Shown: positions 57,535 to 64,000 of the stretch, piece after piece
Layout: each line of letters starts with the position of its first letter
How positions within the stretch are numbered: the stretch's first letter is position 1
NCBI GenBank assembly: GCA_052246995.1
Contig: JBQPWD010000001.1
Location: forward strand, 96,001-160,000
Source of the DNA: Candidatus Bathyarchaeota archaeon
GTDB taxonomy: Archaea > Thermoproteota > Bathyarchaeia > Hecatellales > Hecatellaceae
Reading direction: 5' to 3'
DNA length: 64,000 nucleotides
The notes under the pieces: model-generated
What the model was told of the DNA's origin: nothing
The model's input: the letters and a program-made list of their open reading frames with translations, nothing else
Databases searched by the model: none
Translations under genes and position numbers: made by a program

Positions 57535-59136
57535 TTGAACGGATACAAGGTTGTTCTTACTGCTGATAGAACATTGATGAGTAACTATGGAGGAGGCTTA
57601 TTTTATGGTTTTATTACAACGGCTCCATGTAAAGGCTTCTTTTTTTCACTTCCACAAATGCTTTATACCTTTATCTTTAAACCTGTTAAAGCTGATAAGT
57701 ATGGTAGGGCTCAATTAGCTCCTCATGGTTTAAGAAGGATAGAGGCTGCAATAGTTGAAAGCGGAGTTGTTTCTCCTGAAGAAATTGTTGTTTCACCACC
57801 TGAAAAGCTTAGAAGCGTTGTCGGTGAAAAAACAGCTATAATAGGTATATCAGCAAACGATCCTCTTGGAAAAGGGCCTGCATCAACAACAATTGCTGGT
57901 GAAACTGGGGTTATTCATGAGGAACCTCATACTGCTTTCCAGTTTAGGAAACTGGTTACAAGCAAGGTTGTACAGGATGCAAGGAAAAGGGGTGCTAAGG
58001 TTGTTGTTGGAGGTGCTGGTGCGTGGCAAATAGGGTTAGATGTTATGAAACGTTATGGTATAGATTTTGTTGTTGATGGTGAAGGTGAAATTGTTACGCC
58101 AAAACTTTTTAAGAAGATTTTAAACGGGGAAAAGCTTGAAACACCTAGAATAATAAAAACCAAGTTTGACGAATACCCTGATGCTGACCAAATTCCACTT
58201 TTAAGAGGTGCTACAGTTGGGGGTGTTGTTGAAGTTTCTAGGGGATGTGGACGTGGTTGCCGTTTCTGCACTCCAACTTTAAGAAGGCTTAGACATAGAA
58301 GCATGGAAAACATCATCAAAGATGTTGAAACAAACATAAGGTTTGGGCAAAATGCAATTTGTCTTCATGCTGAAGACTTTTTCAGATATGGTTCCTATGA
58401 TTATGCTGTTAAACATGACAAGGTTATAGAGCTTATTACCAAGATATTAAAACTTAAAGGTTTAAGGTCTCTTGGTCCAAGCCATATAGCTCTAGTTTCT
58501 ATTGCAACTTCACCAAAAACAGCTGAAGCTTTTTCCGAACTTATAATATCAAGGCTAAATCAACCTTGGGTTGCGTATCAAACGGGTATAGAAACAGGTA
58601 GTCCACGTTTAATTGAAATGTACATGGATAAAAAACTCTTCCCCTATAAACCTAAAGATTGGCCTGAAGTTGTGGAAAGAGCTTTTGCAGTTTCTGCGGA
58701 TTATAACCTTATTCCTTGTGCAACAGTTATTGTAAACCTACCTGGCGAAACTGAGGAGGATGTTAATAAAACAATTGAGCTTTTGGAGAAACTTAAACCA
58801 TATAAAAGCTTTATAGCTCCACTACTTTTTGTTCCAGCTAGGAGTGATTTGCACAGGTATAGGTTTATGAGGCTTATTGAGGACGCCAAACCATGGCATA
58901 TTGAGCTTTACAGAACTATTTGGAGACATGATGTAAGGTGGCTTGAATCATTAAGCATAGAATACATTAAACATAACAACCCGTTAACAAAGCTTTTTAT
59001 TAGGATGTTTGTTAAGTACGTTGTAAGCTATGCAAACAGAGTTGCTGAAAAGTTCTTTAATGAAAAACTTAAAAGCTTAGAAAGTAAGCTTCAAAAATTG
59101 GCTTCTCAACAGGTTTTTGGTGTTGTGCGTAATTAA
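57535..59136 (+). CDS. B12-binding-domain radical SAM protein, Grs/Gms-like
   Basis: VVLTADRTLMS, AP.GLRRIEAA, DPLG.GP.S, VVGG.GAWQ and RGCGRGCRFC; TTG start at 57535 after a GGTGA SD (ORF track starts at 57385). Confidence 0.8.
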   Translation: MNGYKVVLTADRTLMSNYGGGLFYGFITTAPCKGFFFSLPQMLYTFIFKPVKADKYGRAQLAPHGLRRIEAAIVESGVVSPEEIVVSPPEKLRSVVGEKTAIIGISANDPLGKGPASTTIAGETGVIHEEPHTAFQFRKLVTSKVVQDARKRGAKVVVGGAGAWQIGLDVMKRYGIDFVVDGEGEIVTPKLFKKILNGEKLETPRIIKTKFDEYPDADQIPLLRGATVGGVVEVSRGCGRGCRFCTPTLRRLRHRSMENIIKDVETNIRFGQNAICLHAEDFFRYGSYDYAVKHDKVIELITKILKLKGLRSLGPSHIALVSIATSPKTAEAFSELIISRLNQPWVAYQTGIETGSPRLIEMYMDKKLFPYKPKDWPEVVERAFAVSADYNLIPCATVIVNLPGETEEDVNKTIELLEKLKPYKSFIAPLLFVPARSDLHRYRFMRLIEDAKPWHIELYRTIWRHDVRWLESLSIEYIKHNNPLTKLFIRMFVKYVVSYANRVAEKFFNEKLKSLESKLQKLASQQVFGVVRN

Positions 59137-59489
59137 CCACCTTTCCACTCTTCCTCATGTATAAGCTCTGTTATAACGTCTTTTAATGGTCTTCTGAAAA
59201 GCTCTCTTACAGAGTTAAGCAGATTTCTACCTCTTTCAGTTAAGGAGTAATATTTTGCATACCTTCTTCCACGTTTTTTCCAGTTACCCTTAATAAACTT
59301 ATCCTCCTCTAAACCATACAGAATAGGGTAAACAACACTCGTTGGAAGCTTATGGTTTGTTAGTCTTTTAATTTCCTTAACTATCTCATAACCACAGGAA
59401 GGCTTTTTGTTTAAAATCCAAAGTACAATAGAGTTTGAAAGCCCCCTTACAATACTCCTTATAAATTTACTTTGACTATTTTCAGACAT
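59133..59489 (-). CDS. PadR family transcriptional regulator
   Basis: P..GYEI, VYP.L..LE and KYYSLT.RG. Confidence 0.92.
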   Translation of the reverse strand: MSENSQSKFIRSIVRGLSNSIVLWILNKKPSCGYEIVKEIKRLTNHKLPTSVVYPILYGLEEDKFIKGNWKKRGRRYAKYYSLTERGRNLLNSVRELFRRPLKDVITELIHEEEWKGG

Positions 59490-59633
59490 TTTTATAGCAA
59501 CACTTCTCCTCTTACTGTGTAGTGTAATAGTGGAAAGAAAAGTTTAAGGTTTTCTATACAATAAAAGTGTTTTCCTAAAAATTCAGATATTTGTTTAAAG
59601 TTTATAGGCTTTTGTTTTTAAGTTAGGATATGT

Positions 59634-60089
59634 ATGGAAACTCCAAGCTTAGAAGCATTTCTTATCTTCCTTTTATTATCTCTTCTTCCAACAATCGAGC
59701 TTCGTGGCTCAATACCGTACGGGTTGGTTTACAACTTTAACCCGTACTTCACCGTTATACTGGCAATCATCACAAGTTCCATGGTTTTCTTTCCCATCTA
59801 CCACTTTCTGAATTTTTACCAGAAAAATATGCCTCCTTTTTGCCGAAGCATTGTCGAAAAAACAAGAATTAGGGGTCAAAAGTATGTTGATAAGTATGGT
59901 TTGCTTGGCTTAGCAATCTTTGTTGCAATACCTTTTCCTGGCTCTGGTGTGTGGAGTGGTTCTGTCATTGCATGGCTACTTGGAATTAAATGGTATAAAG
60001 CTTTTATATCAATATTCACTGGAAACATTGTTGCAGGTTTAATGGTTTTCTTGGTAGCTACGGGATTTTTAAGCTTCAAGCTTATGTAA
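59634..60089 (+). CDS. small multi-drug export-like membrane protein (COG2426)
   Basis: LP.IELRGSIP and KYG..GL..FVAIPFPG.G.W.G. Confidence 0.85.
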   Translation: METPSLEAFLIFLLLSLLPTIELRGSIPYGLVYNFNPYFTVILAIITSSMVFFPIYHFLNFYQKNMPPFCRSIVEKTRIRGQKYVDKYGLLGLAIFVAIPFPGSGVWSGSVIAWLLGIKWYKAFISIFTGNIVAGLMVFLVATGFLSFKLM

Positions 60090-60165
60090 CACTCATGTTT
60101 ACGTAAACTTTAATATGTTTAGACTTTTTACATAAAGTTGTACTTAAAATGGTTATTTTTAGAAG

Positions 60166-61584
60166 GTGAGTTTTACGAGGGTCCTTCTAGTTAACCCTCC
60201 ATGTTTTGATGTTGAGCTTTACTCAACAGCTGGTTTTGTTGCGCCGCCTTTAGGCCTAGCTTATCTTGCAGCTGTTCTTGAGAAGAATTGTTATAATGTT
60301 GAGATTTTAGACCTCCCAGCTTTGAATATTGGTTTGGATATCTTTAAAAAGATTATTGAAAGACGTCCACTAGATATTGTGGGTGTTACAGCAACAACAT
60401 CAACTATCAACTCAGCATATAAAATCATTAAAATTGTTAAGCAAATTTCACCTGAAACGCTTACCGTGTTAGGTGGTGCTCATGTAACATTTGTACCTGA
60501 AAGAACAATGAATGAATGTCCGCAGATTGATGTTGGATGCATAGGTGAGGGTGAATACACCTTTCTCGAGCTTGTTCAAACAGTGGAAAGCGAGGGTTGT
60601 TTGGAGAAGGTTAAAGGTATAGTTTATAGGGATAAGGATGGGTTAATTAGGAAGAACCCTCCAAGATGTTATATTGAGAATCTTGATGAACTTCCATTTC
60701 CTGCTAGACATTTACTTCCAATGGATAAATACAGGGTTTTTAATGAAAAAATGATTATTGGAACAATTTTAACTAGTAGAGGTTGTCCCTTTAACTGTAT
60801 TTTTTGCTCATCATCCCTGCTTTTTGGTAAAAAGTTTAGAGCTAGAAGCCCGGGTAATGTTGTAGACGAGATTGAACAGTTTCAGGAGGCATACAAAACA
60901 AGGTATGTTGAGTTTATAGATGATACGTTTACATTTGATAAAAAGAGGGCTGAAGAAATTTGCAGGGAAATTATTAGGAGGAGGCTTGATGTAAGCTGGG
61001 TTTGTTCATGCAGGGTTGACCTGATACATAGGGAGTTAATGAAGCTTTTAAAGAAAGCTGGGTGTAGAATGATATACTTTGGTGTTGAATCTGGTGTTCA
61101 ACGTGTATTAAATCTTATGAGAAAAGGCATCAAAGTTGAACAAGCTTACAGGGTTATTAAATGGGCTAGGGAAGTAGGTCTTGAAACCGTTGCCTCCTTT
61201 ATTCTAGGAACGCCTGGTGAAACAATGAAGGAAGCATTACAAACAATAAAATTTGCTAAAAAGCTAAATCCAGATTATGCTCAATTTTCTATAGCAACAC
61301 CTTTTCCTGGAACTGAACTTTACAAGATTGCAAAAGAGAGGGGGCTACTTCTTACAGAAGACTGGTCTAAGTACACTGTTTTAGAACCTGTTATGAGAAC
61401 AAAAGAACTTACTGTTAAGCAACTGCAAAAACTTATTAAAAAAGCCTACTTTTCATTCTACCTTCGACCTAAAACAATTTTAAGGTATGTTATTAATGGA
61501 CATTTTAAGAAGCTAATCTTAAATGTTATGAGAAATTATCTTCTCCAAAGTTTTCTAAGAAAACCATTTACATGGGAGTTGTAA
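60166..61584 (+). CDS. cobalamin-dependent (class B) radical SAM protein
   Basis: PPLGLAYLAA, GGAH, GEGE, SRGCPFNCIFC, DDTF, GVESG and TPFPGT. Confidence 0.92.
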   Translation: MSFTRVLLVNPPCFDVELYSTAGFVAPPLGLAYLAAVLEKNCYNVEILDLPALNIGLDIFKKIIERRPLDIVGVTATTSTINSAYKIIKIVKQISPETLTVLGGAHVTFVPERTMNECPQIDVGCIGEGEYTFLELVQTVESEGCLEKVKGIVYRDKDGLIRKNPPRCYIENLDELPFPARHLLPMDKYRVFNEKMIIGTILTSRGCPFNCIFCSSSLLFGKKFRARSPGNVVDEIEQFQEAYKTRYVEFIDDTFTFDKKRAEEICREIIRRRLDVSWVCSCRVDLIHRELMKLLKKAGCRMIYFGVESGVQRVLNLMRKGIKVEQAYRVIKWAREVGLETVASFILGTPGETMKEALQTIKFAKKLNPDYAQFSIATPFPGTELYKIAKERGLLLTEDWSKYTVLEPVMRTKELTVKQLQKLIKKAYFSFYLRPKTILRYVINGHFKKLILNVMRNYLLQSFLRKPFTWEL

Positions 61585-61665
61585 CATAGAAACTTTTATT
61601 TGTTAAACCTTAAGATACATTTATAGCAGCCTTATTCCTTCAATTATGCGGGGTTAATAGAAAGG

Positions 61666-61983
61666 TTGAAGAAGATAGCATTAGTAGCAGATGTTGAAAC
61701 TGCAAGCTTTTTTAAGGCTTCAGGGTTAAAACTAGCTTACGGTGTTAAGGATGGTAAAGAAGCTGAAAAGATTATCTGGGATTTGGCTAAAAACCCTGAT
61801 GTGGTTATCCTCATGGTCACCGAAGCTATAGCCGACCAAGTAAAACCTGTACTTGACGAGGTTTCAAGAAAAATTTATCCAACAGTTATTGTTATACCCG
61901 GAAAGGAAGGCCCAATTGTTGGTAGAGAGTCTCCCATTCTTTCTCTTGTAAGAAAAACTATAGGTGTTGAAATTAAGATATAG
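61666..61983 (+). CDS. atpF: A/V-type ATP synthase subunit F
   Basis: KIA..AD.ET...F...G and P....IP...G; directly upstream of subunit A. Confidence 0.9.
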   Translation: MKKIALVADVETASFFKASGLKLAYGVKDGKEAEKIIWDLAKNPDVVILMVTEAIADQVKPVLDEVSRKIYPTVIVIPGKEGPIVGRESPILSLVRKTIGVEIKI

Positions 61984-62070
61984 TAGAGACTGTAATAACA
62001 GTAAAGTTTTTAATTGTTTTAAGTTTAATGTTTTACGTGGCGTGAAAATGAGTGTTTAGAGGAGGTAACC

Positions 62071-63846
62071 TTGAAGGCTAAAGGTGAAATTATCCGTATT
62101 GCAGGTCCAGCGGTTGTTGCTAAAAATATGAGTGGAAGTCAAATGTACGAGCTTGTAATGGTTGGAGCGGAAAAACTTGTAGGCGAAATTATAAAGATTG
62201 AAGGTGATAAAGCTACAATCCAAGTTTATGAGGAAACCTCAGGTCTTAAACCAGGTGAACCTGTTGAAAGAACAGGTAAACCTTTATCTGTTGAACTTGG
62301 CCCAGGAATCATAGGACAAATTTACGATGGTATCCAAAGACCTTTACCGTTAATTTCTCAGGTTGTTGGGCCATTCCTTAGACGTGGTGTTGCTGTTACC
62401 TCTCTTGATAGGAATAAAAAGTGGACCTTTACTCCTAAAGTTAAGGTTGGAGATAAGGTTGTTGGTGGAGATGTTGTTGGTGAGGTACCCGAAACACCTC
62501 TTTTAAAACATAAAATTCTTGTCCCCCCGGATGTTGGTGGTACTGTTAAAGACATAGTTAAGGAGGGAGAATACACGGTAACAGAGCATATTGCAACAAT
62601 ATCTACATCTTCTGGTGAATTTAGGCTTTCTATGATGCAAACTTGGCCTGTTAGAGTAGGCAGGCCTTACAAGCTTAAACTTCCACCAGATACTCCTCTT
62701 TTAACAGGTCAAAGAATATTTGACACATTTTTCCCCATGGCTAAGGGTGGTCAAGGAGCTATACCTGGAGGTTTTGGTACAGGCAAAACTGTTATGCTTC
62801 ACCAGCTGGCTCAGTGGGCTGACACTCATGTAGTTGTTTATATTGGTTGCGGTGAGCGTGGAAACGAGATGGCGGAGGTTCTTGAAAGATTTCCTAAACT
62901 TAAAGATCCAAGGTCAGGTAGACCCTTAATGGAGAGAACTGTTCTTATTGCTAACACCTCTAACATGCCTATTGCCGCCAGAGAGGCAAGTATCTATACT
63001 GGAATAACTATAGGTGAATACTTTAGGGATATGGGATACGACGTAGCCTTAATGGCTGACTCAACCTCAAGATGGGCTGAAGCTTTAAGAGAAATTTCAG
63101 GTAGGCTTGAAGAAATGCCTGGTGAAGAGGGTTATCCAGCCTACCTTGCCTCACGTTTAGCCGAGTTTTATGAACGAGCTGGTAGAGTTGTAACTTTAGG
63201 TTCAGAGCATAGGGTTGGTTCTGTAAGCGTTGTTGGTGCTGTATCTCCTCCAGGTGCAGATTTCTCTGAACCTGTAACTCAAAACACGTTAAGAATTATT
63301 AAGGTGTTTTGGGGTTTAGATAAGAGTTTAGCCGAAAAAAGACATTTCCCAGCTATAAACTGGCTTACAAGCTATTCCCTATATTATGAAACGCTTGAAC
63401 AATGGTATTTAAAAAATGCGGCTTTAGACTGGTCTGAGCTTAGAAGTAAGGCTTTATGGCTTCTTCAAAGAGAGGAGGAGCTTCAAGAAATAGTTAGGCT
63501 TGTTGGTCCAGATGCACTCTCTGAAGCTCAAAGAGCAATATTGGAGGCTGCAAAAATGATTAGGGAGGATTTTTTAATGCAAAGTGCATATCATCCTGTT
63601 GATACCTACTGCTCTACTGACAAATGCTACAGCATGCTTAAGGTAATCATAAAGTTTTATGACGAGATGAAGAAGGCTGTTGAAGCTGGAGTGTTAATAA
63701 GAGATATAATCGCTCTTCCAATAGTTGAAGAGATATCCAGAATTAAGTTTTTGCCAAAAGATGAGGCTACAAAAGTTTGTAAGGAGCTTGAAACAAAAAT
63801 TTCTGAACATTTTAACTCTCTCAAAACTTCAACCACTCGGAGGTAA
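62071..63846 (+). CDS. atpA: A/V-type ATP synthase subunit A
   Basis: [25 protein letters not shown] and [12 protein letters not shown]. Confidence 0.98.
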   Translation: MKAKGEIIRIAGPAVVAKNMSGSQMYELVMVGAEKLVGEIIKIEGDKATIQVYEETSGLKPGEPVERTGKPLSVELGPGIIGQIYDGIQRPLPLISQVVGPFLRRGVAVTSLDRNKKWTFTPKVKVGDKVVGGDVVGEVPETPLLKHKILVPPDVGGTVKDIVKEGEYTVTEHIATISTSSGEFRLSMMQTWPVRVGRPYKLKLPPDTPLLTGQRIFDTFFPMAKGGQGAIPGGFGTGKTVMLHQLAQWADTHVVVYIGCGERGNEMAEVLERFPKLKDPRSGRPLMERTVLIANTSNMPIAAREASIYTGITIGEYFRDMGYDVALMADSTSRWAEALREISGRLEEMPGEEGYPAYLASRLAEFYERAGRVVTLGSEHRVGSVSVVGAVSPPGADFSEPVTQNTLRIIKVFWGLDKSLAEKRHFPAINWLTSYSLYYETLEQWYLKNAALDWSELRSKALWLLQREEELQEIVRLVGPDALSEAQRAILEAAKMIREDFLMQSAYHPVDTYCSTDKCYSMLKVIIKFYDEMKKAVEAGVLIRDIIALPIVEEISRIKFLPKDEATKVCKELETKISEHFNSLKTSTTRR

Positions 63847-63852
63847 GTTTTT

Positions 63853-64000
63853 ATGAGCAAGACAATTTTAACTGGCAAGGAATATACAACTGTTAAAGAA
63901 ATAGCGGGACCTCTTCTTTTTGTTGAAAGGACAAGCGGTATAGCTTATGGTGAAGTTGTAAAGGTTTATACTCCCACAGGTGAAGAAAGAACTGGCCAAG
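63853..64000 (+). CDS. atpB: A/V-type ATP synthase subunit B (5' part; runs off the window)
   Basis: ATG at 63853 reads MSKTILTGKEYTTVKEIAGPLLFVE...YGEVV...R.GQ. Confidence 0.92.
   Translation, partial: MSKTILTGKEYTTVKEIAGPLLFVERTSGIAYGEVVKVYTPTGEERTGQ

Noticed and set aside
1-64000. CRISPR arrays, inteins, Sec/Pyl readthrough and a tRNA att duplication
   Set aside because: No repeat-spacer periodicity, protein lengths are normal, no gene is split at an in-frame TGA or TAG, and no second copy of the tRNA 3' end was seen by eye

Overview
AT-rich archaeal chromosomal segment, most likely TACK and probably Bathyarchaeia (inferred from SMC-ScpA-ScpB, class I LysRS, a split A/V-ATPase operon and Gar1/SRP19/S8e). 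It is mostly housekeeping: ribosomal proteins, TFB, Rpo4, Pus10, DNA ligase, condensin, LysRS/ArgRS, tRNA-Arg(GCG), Moco genes and Trk K+ uptake. No CRISPR array or intact mobile element is visible. Signals outside the ORF track: a probable C/D-box guide sRNA against the 16S 530 loop, a box C/box D K-turn over the gar1 start, a structured RNA upstream of trkA, and a decayed tnpB (IS200/IS605) remnant. Notable protein-level observations: a PfkB kinase with a C-terminal PCNA-interaction (PIP) box, a Grs/Gms-like radical SAM near a class B radical SAM methylase (candidate tetraether-lipid tailoring), a GOR-like tungsten oxidoreductase pair, an HTH-KaiC-AEP primase cluster, a type II IDH in a GC-richer patch by the tRNA, and heavy TTG start usage. 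All family calls come from motif recognition by eye; no database search was run.
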